From Candidatus Sericytochromatia bacterium (GTDB lineage Bacteria; Cyanobacteriota; Sericytochromatia; S15B-MN24; JAQBPE01), in assembly GCA_040400605.1 (NCBI GenBank), contig JBBAPZ010000005.1:32001-96000 (forward strand): DNA of 64,000 bases. Reading direction: 5' to 3'. A program made the translations under genes and the position numbers. The notes below the pieces were generated by a model. It was given only the letters and a program-made list of their open reading frames with translations. It was not told the origin of the DNA and did no database searches. Positions 49,186 through 60,204 of this stretch are shown here, one piece after another (the stretch's first letter is position 1; the number at the start of each line of letters is the position of its first letter).

Positions 49186-49214
49186 AAAAAAAAGAGGGGC
49201 AATTGCCCCTCTTT
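49186..49214 (-). terminator. Intrinsic terminator after tRNA-fMet
   Basis: Palindrome AAAGAGGGGC-AATT-GCCCCTCTTT with T-run on minus strand. Confidence 0.8.
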
Positions 49215-49217
49215 GAG

Positions 49218-49291
<74 letters not shown>

Positions 49292-49296
49292 AAACT

Positions 49297-49325
49297 AGTG
49301 TATCAATAAATTTTGCGATTGTCAA
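49297..49325 (-). promoter_or_regulatory. Consensus sigma70 promoter of tRNA-fMet
   Basis: Minus strand TTGACA, 17 nt, TACACT with extended TG. Confidence 0.8.
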
Positions 49326-49789
49326 AGGATTTTTAAACAAATTTTTACGGGCAGTCGACATTTCATAGCGAAAAATCCCGAAAATCAAGTTATCGCTTGA
49401 TCGTTAACAGTTTTCGAGCCTCAAAACAATTTGGCGCAGTCGTGGAGGCAACGTGCATTGAAACAAGCATCCAGGGGGTGTTTCAAGCACATTTTGATTT
49501 TATGGATTGTCGAACAAGTGTTTTTCATCGTTGGGGATTATTGTCGGGCACAATGGCACAGCGAGCACACCAAGCGGCTCACAATCCAAAATGCCACACG
49601 CGCCCATCCATCAAATTTACTGCTTGTTTGTAAAAGTTTCGTTTCATTCAGCGGCCGGTGACACCAACGTTGCGCCTCTTTTGGGTCACCGAGCCATCGT
49701 AACCAGCCCGCCTGACCAGTGAAATTGGTGGTTCCCTCACGCGCTCAAGTGTTCGACACGATGATGGTGGCGGGTAGTATACTGGTGAT

Positions 49790-50128
49790 ATGCGATACAT
49801 GTTGTTGGCTTGGCTCTGGTCGGCACTGGCGTTTTTATTGGCAGCCCTTGTGGTTCCTGGGTTCCGTGTGGATGGTTTCTGGCACGCTTTGTTGGCCGCT
49901 TTGGTTTTGGGTTTCTGCAATGCGCTGGTGCGTCCTGTGATCATCTTGCTGACCTGGCCGTTAACCGTTTTAACGCTGGGTTTGTTTTTGCTTGTTGTAA
50001 ACGGTCTGGTGATGACGTTGGTGGTGTGGCTGGTGCCGGGGGTTGCGGTTGCAAACTTTGGTGTCGCGATTGTGGTTGCGATAATCATTGCCCTCGTCAA
50101 TGCGATCGCGGGGCGTCTGCTTGGCTGA
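49790..50128 (+). CDS. YvlD-like 4-TM membrane protein (phage holin family 4_2)
   Basis: NALVRPVIILLTWPLTVLTLGLFLLVVNG. Confidence 0.88.
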   Translation: MRYMLLAWLWSALAFLLAALVVPGFRVDGFWHALLAALVLGFCNALVRPVIILLTWPLTVLTLGLFLLVVNGLVMTLVVWLVPGVAVANFGVAIVVAIIIALVNAIAGRLLG

Positions 50129-51035
50129 TTTCCGTCGCGTGTGGCCTTATGGCTTCCTGATTTTTTCGGTGATGTGTTGGGGCGGCTCGTTTATTGCCAC
50201 GCAAGTTGCCCTGCGCGGCGTTCCACCCTTTGCCTGCGCGGTTTTGCGTTTTGCCATGGCTTCAGTCGTGATGCTTGCCTTGCATCGCGTGCTGGGACAA
50301 ACGCTGCATCTGCCGCGCCGTGCCTGGCGACGCGTCGTGTGGGCGGCATTCACGGGTGTCACGATGACCTACGCACTTGAGAATTGTGCATTGAGCCTGA
50401 CAACGGCACTTAATGGTTCGCTTTACATTGCGGCGATGCCGTTGTTGACTGCTGTGGGTGCCATTTATCTGTTGGGTGAACGCATGTTGCCACGGCAATG
50501 GCTTGGCGCCATTTTGGCTGCGACTGGCCTGATGTTGATGAGCGGTGCCAATTTTGCGGTCACCGGCATCGGCGATGCGCTCATGGCACTCACGTGCGTG
50601 ATGGGCGCAATTTTTGGCTGGCTCACCAAGTCGCTGGTGGATGATGGCATTCCCCATCTGGTTTGCGTTACCTGGACGTTCTTGCTCGGGCTGTCGGGTT
50701 TGATGCCGCTGGCTGTCGTTGAAGCGCTATGGCGCACGGAGCCGTGGCAAACCGGTTATGCGCAGTGGAGCGCCTTGGCATACCTGGCTATCTTGTGCAG
50801 TGCTTTGTGCACGTGGATGTGGCTACGGGCTCTGTCGTACGTATCGGTTTCCGTCGCGGGACTGTTTTTGTACGCCATGCCCGTATTCACCCTGATTTTT
50901 TCTGTACCGCTGCTTGGAGATGGTATAAGCTGGTGGGCGTGCGTTAACGGGGTGATCATCCTTTTTGGCGTGTGGCTTGCGACCGACGCGGCAAACTGGC
51001 AGGGAAATACCCTTAAAGAGCCGGCGTCTGCCTGA
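50121..51035 (+). CDS. DMT/EamA family transporter
   Basis: WGGSF, LRF, LLGER, about 10 TM in two repeats. Confidence 0.88.
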   Translation: MADFRRVWPYGFLIFSVMCWGGSFIATQVALRGVPPFACAVLRFAMASVVMLALHRVLGQTLHLPRRAWRRVVWAAFTGVTMTYALENCALSLTTALNGSLYIAAMPLLTAVGAIYLLGERMLPRQWLGAILAATGLMLMSGANFAVTGIGDALMALTCVMGAIFGWLTKSLVDDGIPHLVCVTWTFLLGLSGLMPLAVVEALWRTEPWQTGYAQWSALAYLAILCSALCTWMWLRALSYVSVSVAGLFLYAMPVFTLIFSVPLLGDGISWWACVNGVIILFGVWLATDAANWQGNTLKEPASA

Positions 51036-51049
51036 CAGGAGGGTGTTTC

Positions 51050-51418
51050 GTGTTTTTACATGTACGCTTGAAGGTCCGGGACCTTGAGACTTCGATAGCT
51101 TTTTACGAACGTCATTTCGCTGCAACGTGTGAGGGGCGGCAGCGTTCACCGCGTGGCAGTCAGCTGGCTTTTCTTGGTTTTCCGGGCACGACAACACAAC
51201 TGGAGTTGGCTTTTTTGCCGTGGGATCCCGACTTTGTCCTGAACGAGGATATTTTTCATTTGGCGTTTGAAGTTGAGAATATGGATGCCAGCTTGACCGC
51301 CTTGCGTGCGGCTGGTGTCAAGGTGACCGAGGAGCCGAGCGAACTGGGACGGGGCGGCTACATGGCTTTTATTGAAGATCCTGACGGTTATGAAATTGAG
51401 TTGCTTTCGCGCGAGTGA
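51050..51418 (+). CDS. VOC family protein (lactoylglutathione lyase-like)
   Basis: LHVRLKV, LEL, HLAF, FIEDPDGYEIEL. Confidence 0.88.
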   Translation: MFLHVRLKVRDLETSIAFYERHFAATCEGRQRSPRGSQLAFLGFPGTTTQLELAFLPWDPDFVLNEDIFHLAFEVENMDASLTALRAAGVKVTEEPSELGRGGYMAFIEDPDGYEIELLSRE

Positions 51419-51459
51419 TCGTGCTTGCTTGTCCCGGTGACTGAATAAGGAGACTACTG

Positions 51460-52935
51460 ATGGGTGTGCCTTCCTTGCGCGTATCGTCGGTTGATCCTGA
51501 TTCGCAACGGTCTGTCAGTGTTGATGGCGATTATGTGTTGTACTGGATGATCATTCATCGGCGTCTGCGTCATAATTTTGCGCTAGAACGTGCGGTGGAA
51601 TGGGCCAATCGTCTCGGCAAGCCGTTGCTGATCCTCGAAACCTTGAAACTTGATTATCCGCACGCGTCTGTGCGGTTTTCTTCGTTCATGGTGGATGCGA
51701 TGCGTGAGCATGTCGCGGAAGTGGCTGGGCTTGCCGGGTTGCATTATTACGGCTTTGTCGAACGTGAAGTAGGTCAATCGGATGCCTTGTTGGCGGAGTT
51801 GGCCAAGCGGGCGTGCGTGGTTGTGACGGATGAGTATCCGGCATTCATTTTGCCAGCGATGGTTGCGCAGGCGGCGCGGATGGTACCGGTTCATTTCGAG
51901 AAGGTTGATGCGTGTGGTGTGTTGCCTTTGCGTGCGACATCGGGTCCGTTTGTCAGTGCGTATCTGTTTCGGCGTCATTTGCAGAAAGTCTTGCCTGAAC
52001 ATTTGATGGCACGATCATTGCGTGAGCCGCTGCGTGCCCTGGTTCTTCAACATTCGGAACTTGATTGCTCGGCGTATGAGGCGCGCTGGCCGAATCTTGC
52101 TCGGGATCCAATGGCGTTGAACGTGTTGGATTTGCCATTGAGCCGTTCGGTTGGGGTGGTTGAACAGACACGGGGGGGGGCCTCCGTGGCGCAGGGATTG
52201 TTGAAGCGGTTTGTGGCAGAACGTCTCTCAGCTTATGCTGATGAACGGCACGATGCGACGCGGGAGTTTACAAGCGGCTTGGCGCCGTACCTGCATTTTG
52301 GTCAGATTGCGTCAGAGGAAGTGCTGTGGGACATTTTGACGGTGCAAAACTGGCATCCGGGGTTATTGGCCGCCAAGGTGAGCGGAGCCAAGTCCGGCTG
52401 GTGGGGGCTTGGTGCCGGGGCTGAGGCTTTCTTGGATCAATTGGTTACCTGGCGTGAGTTGGGTTTTGTGACGGCATTTCATTGGCCGGACCGTTACGAC
52501 CGGTATGAGAGCCTGCCCGATTGGGCGCTGGAGACTTTGGATAGGCATGCGCATGACCCGCGCCTGTATTGTTATTCGCTTGCGCAGTTTGAGCAGGCCC
52601 AGACGCACGATCCAATCTGGAATGCGGCGCAGCGCCAACTTTACAAGGAAGGCCGCATTCATAACTATTTGAGGATGTTGTGGGGGAAGAAGATTTTGGA
52701 GTGGAGCCCGACGCCTGCGCAGGCATTGGAGACCATGTTGTTGTTGAATGATCGGTATGCCTTGGATGGACGTGACCCCAACTCCGTTAGTGGCATTTTT
52801 TGGTGTTTGGGCAGATACGACCGCCCGTGGGGGCCGGAAAGGCCGATTTTTGGCAAAGTACGCTACATGTCCTCCGATAACACGGCTCGGAAAATGGATT
52901 TGTCGGGTTATCTTTTGCGCTATCGGTCGTTTTGA
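51460..52935 (+). CDS. Class II CPD photolyase
   Basis: VLYWM, SGLAPYLHFGQI, WREL, THDPIWNAAQ, HNYLRMLWGKK, DGRDPN, IFGKVRYM. Confidence 0.92.
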   Translation: MGVPSLRVSSVDPDSQRSVSVDGDYVLYWMIIHRRLRHNFALERAVEWANRLGKPLLILETLKLDYPHASVRFSSFMVDAMREHVAEVAGLAGLHYYGFVEREVGQSDALLAELAKRACVVVTDEYPAFILPAMVAQAARMVPVHFEKVDACGVLPLRATSGPFVSAYLFRRHLQKVLPEHLMARSLREPLRALVLQHSELDCSAYEARWPNLARDPMALNVLDLPLSRSVGVVEQTRGGASVAQGLLKRFVAERLSAYADERHDATREFTSGLAPYLHFGQIASEEVLWDILTVQNWHPGLLAAKVSGAKSGWWGLGAGAEAFLDQLVTWRELGFVTAFHWPDRYDRYESLPDWALETLDRHAHDPRLYCYSLAQFEQAQTHDPIWNAAQRQLYKEGRIHNYLRMLWGKKILEWSPTPAQALETMLLLNDRYALDGRDPNSVSGIFWCLGRYDRPWGPERPIFGKVRYMSSDNTARKMDLSGYLLRYRSF

Positions 52936-53104
52936 TCCGTTCGGATGCCCTCCGATCGTTGCTCCACTGTCGCGATTGATGCGATTGCCCGATTTTCAAG
53001 ATTTTAGCAAATGAACTGTCGAATGCTCATTCAAGCATGATGGCTGAACACGCCTGTGACCGAACACACTGCGTGGGATGCATTATGTTTACTAGGATGG
53101 CGTT

Positions 53105-53956
53105 ATGACAAACCAAGCACTGAACCCACAGACAAAACACCAGCACAACGGCCAGGAAGCGGCCCCCTTCGTTAAGTGGGTGGGTGGCAAACGGGCATTG
53201 TTACCTGAGTTGGCAGCACGTTTTCCCAGGCGTTACAACCGCTATCACGAACCATTCGTTGGTGGGGGGGCGGTGTTCTTTTACCTGCAACCGGATCGCG
53301 CACGGTTATCGGATTATAACGCCGAGTTGATTACGACCTATCAAGTCATTCGTGACCGCGTTGAGGACCTCATCGCACACCTGCGCGGCCATCGGCACGA
53401 TGAAGAATACTACTACCAGGTACGTGCAGTCGATACATCGCAATTGGACGCCATTGAACGCGCCTCGCGGATGATTTTTTTGAATCGCACCTGTTTTAAT
53501 GGTCTTTATCGTGTCAATGCCAAAGGTGGCTTCAATGTCCCCTTTGGCAAGTACAAGAATCCCACCATCTGCAATGCCGACGGCCTGCGCGCCGCAAGCG
53601 ACGCGTTGCAAGGGGCGTACATCGCTCACGCCAGCTATACCAGCATTCTCGATACGGCTCGACCAGGTGATTTCGTCTATTTTGACCCACCTTACCATCC
53701 ACTCAATGCCACGGCTAAGTTCACGAGTTACACCGCGGACTCGTTCACGGAACGAAACCAGCGAGACTTGGCTGACACTTTCCGGGTTCTGGCCAATCGC
53801 GGATGCAAAGTCATGTTGAGCAATTCTGATACGCCGCTGATTCGTGATTTGTACGCAGACTTTAACCTTGAATTGGTCTACGCACCAAGACAGGTGAATC
53901 GGGATGCTTCCAAGCGGGGGCTAATCAGCGAGGTTCTCGTCCGTAATTACCGTTGA
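53105..53956 (+). CDS. Dam-family (D12) N6-adenine DNA methyltransferase, orphan
   Basis: KWVGGK, EPFVGGG, FNGLYRVN...FNVPFG, DPPY. Confidence 0.93.
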   Translation: MTNQALNPQTKHQHNGQEAAPFVKWVGGKRALLPELAARFPRRYNRYHEPFVGGGAVFFYLQPDRARLSDYNAELITTYQVIRDRVEDLIAHLRGHRHDEEYYYQVRAVDTSQLDAIERASRMIFLNRTCFNGLYRVNAKGGFNVPFGKYKNPTICNADGLRAASDALQGAYIAHASYTSILDTARPGDFVYFDPPYHPLNATAKFTSYTADSFTERNQRDLADTFRVLANRGCKVMLSNSDTPLIRDLYADFNLELVYAPRQVNRDASKRGLISEVLVRNYR

Positions 53957-54273
53957 CCTGAGCGGTCAAGTTAGCCAAAACGCTTCAGTCAGGCACCGTG
54001 ATGCTCGGGGTTCAAAAACGTGTTCAGGCTGTTCGCGTTGTTGATTTGTTGCTTGGTTGCTCTTGAACCAGACACGCGAGCGGTATTGCAAAATAGGTAT
54101 GCATTGGGCTGCGCTGTCTGGAGAATCCGGCGGTTTAAGCAGGTAAACCTCAGAGTCTGTTCAGTTATTGTTGAACGTTAATGCCTGTTAATAAAATAAT
54201 GACAAATTTTATACAAACTGTTGAAGAAAGCTTGTCAGATGCTTGATACAACTGTGCAACCCTTGTAGAGGGG

Positions 54274-54795
54274 ATGCATAGGGGTTGCCAAACGATGGGA
54301 CAGCGTACGACGAACAGATGGCGCGCGCTTGCCGTACTGATCGGGGTCAGTCTGGCTGGTTGCAGTTTGATGAGTCAGGTATCGCGGGAGACGGAGACTT
54401 ATCCGACGCGTAGCAGTCGGTTTGGCTTGTTTGACTGGGCCGGCTTGCTTGAGCCCACCCAAACATTGCGGCCGGGTGTCGGTCTTGTTACGGTACAGTC
54501 TGTGGGATGTGATCGAACACGGATCTCTTGGCGTTCACCCTGGCCTGGCAGCAGTGTGGTGCGCTATGGTCTGGAACACCGACTGTTGCCCCATGCCAGC
54601 CGAGAAACCCTGCCGACCGAACACACAACTGTGGAACTGCCCTATCTGGCGTCCGGTGTCAGACACTTTTTCCAAGTTGAAACCGTTACGGCCTTGGGTG
54701 GCGCGCGCTCGGCCATTTGTTCCTTTTTGGCACCCACAGGCCGTGGTGTCACACCGCTCTCAACGGCTCAATCGACACAGTCTGCGCCTGACTGA
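54274..54795 (+). CDS. Lipoprotein with FN3-like domain
   Basis: LAGC lipobox; ISW...VRYG...HTTVELPYL...FQV; start may be 54295. Confidence 0.6.
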   Translation: MHRGCQTMGQRTTNRWRALAVLIGVSLAGCSLMSQVSRETETYPTRSSRFGLFDWAGLLEPTQTLRPGVGLVTVQSVGCDRTRISWRSPWPGSSVVRYGLEHRLLPHASRETLPTEHTTVELPYLASGVRHFFQVETVTALGGARSAICSFLAPTGRGVTPLSTAQSTQSAPD

Positions 54796-54948
54796 AGCGG
54801 TCACTCCTGCCATCAGGGAATATTTCTGGCTAAATGGTCGCGTGGCCAGCAGGCAGCCGCGCTCAAACCGAAAGGGCACCGAGCGGTGCCCTTGGATGGG
54901 TGTTGTGTTGTGTCCAACGCGCATGCACCATGGTCCAAGGAGGTGGCC

Positions 54949-55617
54949 ATGGATGTGCCAATGTTGGGAATGCCCGTATGGTGTCACCGTGAATTGGCTG
55001 GCCGGGTATGGCGGCTCACGGTAGAGACCGTTACACACAAGCCTGTTGCGGTGGTGGTAAAAGCGCCCACCTGGTTTGGTTGGGATCGCATGCTTCCAAT
55101 CAAGGCACTTGGCGTGCGACCCGATCACTCATTGTCGCTCAGGCTAAGCCGCGCGCAATTCGATCGACTGCCGCGCTACGACCGTGCCACAAGCGACCAT
55201 TCAACCCTCATGAGGCCCTTGCCAGTTATCGTGCCAATGGGCGGCGTCATCTGGCCCTCTTTCACACCATTGTTCGATTCAAAAATCAACAGACTTCCCG
55301 CGCGAAACCACCATCACATTTGGGTGTTTGACCACCACGCACCCGTTTTTGCAGGCGGTCAGGAATGGGGCACACTGAGTCAAGCCTATGTGTCAATGAA
55401 CAGCAAGCGCCTGAGTAGCCTGATAATCACCCATAAAGGATTCAACCCGGTTTCACTGGAAATTCCTCCGAGTTGGGTCATAGACGCCAAACCCGCCGGC
55501 ATCTCCCTAAAACTTGATGCCACACAAGTTGATAAAGCCGCCCGATTTTTACAGGCAACACCTGCTTCAACGAGCGCAACGAACAAGTCGTGCTCCACGC
55601 TTAACTTCGTCACTTGA
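54949..55617 (+). CDS. Tandem PRC-barrel-like protein
   Basis: Two repeats of GxPV...G.V/L..V...K...VVV/LII; AGGAGG RBS before ATG 54949. Confidence 0.6.
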   Translation: MDVPMLGMPVWCHRELAGRVWRLTVETVTHKPVAVVVKAPTWFGWDRMLPIKALGVRPDHSLSLRLSRAQFDRLPRYDRATSDHSTLMRPLPVIVPMGGVIWPSFTPLFDSKINRLPARNHHHIWVFDHHAPVFAGGQEWGTLSQAYVSMNSKRLSSLIITHKGFNPVSLEIPPSWVIDAKPAGISLKLDATQVDKAARFLQATPASTSATNKSCSTLNFVT

Positions 55618-55703
55618 ACAAATTTTAGTGAGAAGTTAAGCTTTTTGAATCAAGTGTTGTGTGGGAGCTTGCGATAAGTGTTGCAGAGTAGGGGGCAGGC
55701 GTC

Positions 55704-55928
55704 ATGGTGATACGAGTCGCGCTTGGACTGATGATTGGCTGTTCGTTGACCGCTTGCGGGCGCCCAATTGAGCCTGCGCCTGAGGTGATTGATTCAGTTT
55801 TCACGCGCTTGCCGCAACGGAGTGCGTCCAAGAAGTTACGACGCGAGGAACAGACGCAACGGGAGTCGCAACCCAAGGCGACGGATACATCCAAGATTGG
55901 GGTACCCACGCCGGATGGGCGGGGATAA
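55704..55928 (+). CDS. Small lipoprotein
   Basis: LTAC lipobox after hydrophobic stretch. Confidence 0.5.
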   Translation: MVIRVALGLMIGCSLTACGRPIEPAPEVIDSVFTRLPQRSASKKLRREEQTQRESQPKATDTSKIGVPTPDGRG

Positions 55929-55933
55929 GCGAC

Positions 55934-56173
55934 TTGCACGAGAAAACGGGGGAGGCAAGGGGGTTGGGATCAGGTTTGGCGGAGGCATATCAAGAACTCC
56001 AAGAGCGGGTAGCGGCAGTTCCGCCTGAGCATTTGCGTGTTCTGGCTGCGACGGACCGACTGTATGCGTGTTTACAAGAAGAGGAAAGCACCTTGACGGA
56101 TGCGGAATATACGCAAATCAAAGTGCTTTTGGCGCACGCGGAGTCGTTGCTTACCCGTTATTTTGGCATGTGA
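55934..56173 (+). CDS. Small helical hypothetical protein
   Basis: ORF filling the gap; GGAGG RBS before an internal TTG. Confidence 0.45.
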   Translation: MHEKTGEARGLGSGLAEAYQELQERVAAVPPEHLRVLAATDRLYACLQEEESTLTDAEYTQIKVLLAHAESLLTRYFGM

Positions 56174-56179
56174 ACGAGG

Positions 56180-57868
56180 CTACATGCCCAGGTAAACGGG
56201 CCCGCCGCCCCCCTCAGGTGCCACCCATGTGATCAATTGGTACGGGTCCATGATATCGCAGGTCTTACAGTGGACACAGTTAGAGGGATTCAGCTTTAAC
56301 TCGGTGACGCCCTGTCCTTTGAGATCCACCATTTCGTAGACGGCCGCTGGACAAAAATACTGACACGGGTTTCCATACTCTTCCTTGCAGCGGGTGTTAC
56401 AGATATTCGTATCGGCGAGTCGTAAGTGGGCCGGTTGATTTTCTTCGTGTTTGGTCCCAGAACGATAGACATCATCGAGCTTGGAAAACGTCAACTTTCC
56501 GTCGAATTTGAAGGCCTCTGCCGACTGGCTTGCGCCGCGCGCGCGTTGTTCCTTCAGGGTACGCATCCGGGTGTGACCTGGGTGCGCCAAATAGCGATCC
56601 CGGATGCCACGTCCCTTGGTGATCATCTGCAACGGGATGTGAAAGGCCATCGCGGGCAACAGGCCGTGCTCGAACGCTTGGTGGAAATTACGCGCCAGTC
56701 GGAGTTCCTGTCCAATGCTGCCTGTCATGACACGGGTGCCGTAACTTTCCAGGCACTTTTCACTGAAGTCATTGGCCAACAGCGCTTCGAATATTGCTTC
56801 GGCGGCTTGAATGCCTGACTCAATGGCCAAATGGATGCCTTTAAGACGCATTGGATTCAGCAGGCTTGCCGAATCACCGATCAGCAAGGCGCCATCCACG
56901 TAAAGTTTTGGAATCGACCAGTAGCCACCCTCAGGGATTGTTTTCGCCCCGTAACGCACCATTTCTCCACCGTCAAGCATCGCTGCGATCGCCGGGTGGG
57001 TCTTGTAACGTTGCAAGGCAAGGTGCGGGTCAAACGACGGATCGCGATAATCGAGGCCACTGACCATGCCAACATAAGCCAAGTTGTCATCAAGATGGTA
57101 AATGAACCCCCCACCAAACTCTTCGAACTTTAAAGGAAAGTTCATGGTGTGAATCACACGACCTTTTTTGTGATTCTCGGGCTTGAGCCGCCACAACTCC
57201 TTGACACCAATGGCCCAAATCTGTGGATTGCGACCCGCATCCAACGATTTCTTCTGGATCAGTGATTTGGTCAAGGTGCCGCGCGTTCCTTCCCCCAAGA
57301 CCGTCACCTTTGCATGAAAATCCATCCCCGGGCTGTAGGATGGACGCGGTTTGCCGTGGTGATCCAAGCCCTGTTCGGTGGTGCGTGCGCCAATGACGCG
57401 ATCATCTGCATCATAGAGCAACTCAGCCGCCGGAAACCCTGCTGCAACAGTCACGCCTTCCTCTTCAGCCTTGGTTGCCATGAATGCAACCAGCTTTTGC
57501 AAACTGATCACGTAGTTGCCATGATTGTTCATCGGTGGCGGCGTGATCGGCGCCTTTATACGATGCCTGGCTGTCAGCCACCACAATTCATCTTCAGTGA
57601 CAGGACTCTCCAGTGGCACCCCCGCAGCCTCAAGATCGGGAAACAGTTTTCTTAGACTGGACGGGTCCAGCACTGCGCCGGAAAACCCGTGATAGCCCAC
57701 CTCAGCACTCTTTTCCAGTACCGCGATCACGGGCTCAGCCAGCACATTGACCCCTTTGGCATTGTGCGCCTTCACCAGCCGTGCAAGGTGAATCGCACCC
57801 GCTAAGCTGGCAGGACCCGCACCCACGAACAAAACATCCACAGGGTTGACTTCGCGTGTGATGGTCAT
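56180..57868 (-). CDS. Electron transfer flavoprotein:quinone oxidoreductase
   Basis: VGAGPA FAD site, KGIHLAIESG, CPAAVYE, NCVHCKTCDI, PEGGGGP. Confidence 0.95.
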   Translation of the reverse strand: MTITREVNPVDVLFVGAGPASLAGAIHLARLVKAHNAKGVNVLAEPVIAVLEKSAEVGYHGFSGAVLDPSSLRKLFPDLEAAGVPLESPVTEDELWWLTARHRIKAPITPPPMNNHGNYVISLQKLVAFMATKAEEEGVTVAAGFPAAELLYDADDRVIGARTTEQGLDHHGKPRPSYSPGMDFHAKVTVLGEGTRGTLTKSLIQKKSLDAGRNPQIWAIGVKELWRLKPENHKKGRVIHTMNFPLKFEEFGGGFIYHLDDNLAYVGMVSGLDYRDPSFDPHLALQRYKTHPAIAAMLDGGEMVRYGAKTIPEGGYWSIPKLYVDGALLIGDSASLLNPMRLKGIHLAIESGIQAAEAIFEALLANDFSEKCLESYGTRVMTGSIGQELRLARNFHQAFEHGLLPAMAFHIPLQMITKGRGIRDRYLAHPGHTRMRTLKEQRARGASQSAEAFKFDGKLTFSKLDDVYRSGTKHEENQPAHLRLADTNICNTRCKEEYGNPCQYFCPAAVYEMVDLKGQGVTELKLNPSNCVHCKTCDIMDPYQLITWVAPEGGGGPVYLGM

Positions 57869-58355
57869 ATCTTCGCTCCCTCGTTATCGTCTGCCTCCAT
57901 TATACGGACTTTAGACATACCGTGAAACCAAAAACACGCGCGGTGTGCTTTTTTGACGCCTGCGTGCGCCACCCGGTCCGGCAAGCGAGTGGAACAAGGC
58001 GCCCCCCAGCGTGTTTCAACAGCAAACAGCACGGACTTAAGACGGATGCATTGTTTGTCTTGCCCCGCATGTTCCGCTCGCTGCGGTACTGTCACTCATT
58101 CCGAGACATTCAATTTCAACGAATCGAACCAAGTGCCACGGAACATTTTCCGACCGGCAAATGGCACAGACATGATGGGATAATGTTGCCTTCGATCCAC
58201 AGTCTGCACTTGCCACTCTATCCTGAACAGTCAATTTTAACTTGATGAGAAACTATTGATAACGCAAGTTTGACAGACGGATCAACGATAGCTGAATGCA
58301 TAACGTGGCAGATGCGATGGATATCTTGTGTTTGAATAACTTGTAAAAGGGAGCC

Positions 58356-59816
58356 TTGGACGTGATGTTTCAGAGCTTGGGTTCTAGCGGTTCAAGCCGT
58401 GCATTAATGGGGCGAACGGTTTGTTTGATTACAGGTTTGGCGCTGGCCGCCGGTTTGCTGGCGTCTTGCGGGCGGGCGCCTGTTTCTGTGCGGGCGCTAT
58501 CAACTGCGGTTCGGGCAGCGGGTACACCGAATGAATTCATGTGGGGTGTTTCGACCGCTGGTTATCAGTGGGAGGGGCACGATAAATCGAGTCAATGGGC
58601 GATATGGGATCAACAGGGTCGCACGGCTGAGCGGAACACCCATGCGGCTAACGGTTTGGAATTGTATCCCGAGGATGTCCGGCTGACCCGTGGTATGGGT
58701 TGCAATGCGATGCGCACGAGTATTGAGTGGTCGCGTATCGAGCCAACCAAAGGCGTTTACGATCCAAAGGCGATCAAGCACTATCACGACGTGCTGGATG
58801 AAATGCGGAAGAATGGTTTGGAACCGATCATGACGTTGATGCATTTCACGTATCCCGCATGGTTGGATCGCGAGGGTGGCTGGGAAGACGGGCGAACACC
58901 GGCAAAATTCGCCAAGTTCGCTGCATTCGTAGCCAAAGAGTATGGTGCCAAGATCCGCTATTACATCACCTTCAATGAGCCCAATACCTACCTGATTGCC
59001 GGTTGGTTGGCACGCGTCATGCCGCCTGGGAAAGCGGATCCCCTGGCAGGACTGGCTGCGATGCGCAACATGTTGAAGGCACACGATATGGCCTATGATG
59101 CAGTGCACGCCTCAGACCCTGAGTCGCAGGTGTCATTCAATATGTACACGGCGGAATGGCCGTGGGCCAACACGCGTGATGAACTCAACCACAACGAGTC
59201 GCCGTCCCCCGGTTCGGAATCGGCGCGTGACAAGGTTTACAAGCAATTGGCAACGGTAGATACAGGCGACGGCAAGTCGGCCAAGCTCGATTATGCTGCG
59301 CTGGATTATTATTGTCGTTTTCGCACGGTTCCTGTGCCCTTTCCTTCGCCGGATCGCTGGGAGGTTTATCCGGAGGGTTTGTACAATGCCATCAAACGCA
59401 ATTATGCCCGCTACCGGTTGCCGATCCTGATTGCAGAGAATGGTCTCGCAACCCGCGACAACCAACCACGGGCGGATCGCTGGACCCGCTCCGCATACCT
59501 CGTTGCGCACATCAGGCAGATGCAACGTGCCATGAGCGAAGGTTATCCCGTGATGGGTTACATCCATTGGTCCATTACCGACAATTATGAATGGGGTTCG
59601 TTCTCCCCACGCTTCGGACTCTACACCGTGGATTGCCGTAATCGCGACTTCACACGCGTGCAAGCCGACGGCGTCGACGCGTTTCGCGCCATCATTGCGA
59701 CAGGTGGCGTCAGCCAAGCGCTGCTCAGACAGTATCCCTCGCCCCAAACGTTGCCCCTGCCGGCGCCATGGGTCGGCGGCGGTACAGGCTCACCTGTCGG
59801 CATCAATGACAATTGA
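58356..59816 (+). CDS. Glycoside hydrolase family 1, lipoprotein (paralogue of 19725-21143)
   Basis: LASC lipobox; FMWGVSTAGYQWEG, TFNEP, IAENG, WSITDNYEW; start uncertain. Confidence 0.92.
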   Translation: MDVMFQSLGSSGSSRALMGRTVCLITGLALAAGLLASCGRAPVSVRALSTAVRAAGTPNEFMWGVSTAGYQWEGHDKSSQWAIWDQQGRTAERNTHAANGLELYPEDVRLTRGMGCNAMRTSIEWSRIEPTKGVYDPKAIKHYHDVLDEMRKNGLEPIMTLMHFTYPAWLDREGGWEDGRTPAKFAKFAAFVAKEYGAKIRYYITFNEPNTYLIAGWLARVMPPGKADPLAGLAAMRNMLKAHDMAYDAVHASDPESQVSFNMYTAEWPWANTRDELNHNESPSPGSESARDKVYKQLATVDTGDGKSAKLDYAALDYYCRFRTVPVPFPSPDRWEVYPEGLYNAIKRNYARYRLPILIAENGLATRDNQPRADRWTRSAYLVAHIRQMQRAMSEGYPVMGYIHWSITDNYEWGSFSPRFGLYTVDCRNRDFTRVQADGVDAFRAIIATGGVSQALLRQYPSPQTLPLPAPWVGGGTGSPVGINDN

Positions 59817-60050
59817 GCGAAACTGACCCTAAGTTGACGCGTGACAAGGTAGAACAACGCATCGCAACGATCAGTGTCGCAAAACGTCGCTTTCCCTGTC
59901 ATCGCTAGAATACCCTGAGATGTCAAGTCGCGTGGCCAAGACCATGATGACAGTCGGCCAATGGCAGTTATCGTCGCGGTTGCAATGCTTTGGGCTTATA
60001 GGCACTTGACAGCGGCTTCAGCAGGCGGTTACATGGTGTTGTTTACTTGG

Positions 60051-60187
60051 TGCAAGCAGAAGTCACACCTTCTCACCCGGCAGCCGTTTATGTGTTAGCT
60101 GAGGTTTCCATGCCAAATGTGTTTGTTGCATTGCGATGTTCCAACATAGGCTGGTTGAGCAGGTGTCATCAGGCGCCTGCTCGCTTT
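60051..60187 (+). ncRNA. L20-leader-like cis-regulatory RNA upstream of infC-rpmI-rplT
   Basis: AAGCAGAAG...CTTCTCACC resembles the Firmicutes L20 leader as I recall it; hairpin GAGCAGGTGT...GCGCCTGCTC + GCTTT at 60157-60187. Confidence 0.55.
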
Positions 60188-60204
60188 GTATGGAGGAAAG
60201 AGCG

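Noticed and set aside
52172..52180. G9 tract in photolyase as a phase-variation site
   Set aside because: Frame is intact (Arg-Gly-Gly-Ala), and a G8 tract also occurs in accD (~45979), so this is likely codon chance
49790..53956. Holin-family gene plus Dam methylase near a tRNA as a possible prophage
   Set aside because: No integrase, att duplication or structural genes; YvlD-like proteins are normal chromosomal membrane proteins, and these genes lie on the tRNA 5' side
53105..54270. Restriction-modification system
   Set aside because: No endonuclease-like ORF next to the methylase
60136..60204. Longer ATG-started N-terminus of IF-3
   Set aside because: Overlaps the leader hairpin; RBS spacing supports ATT at 60205
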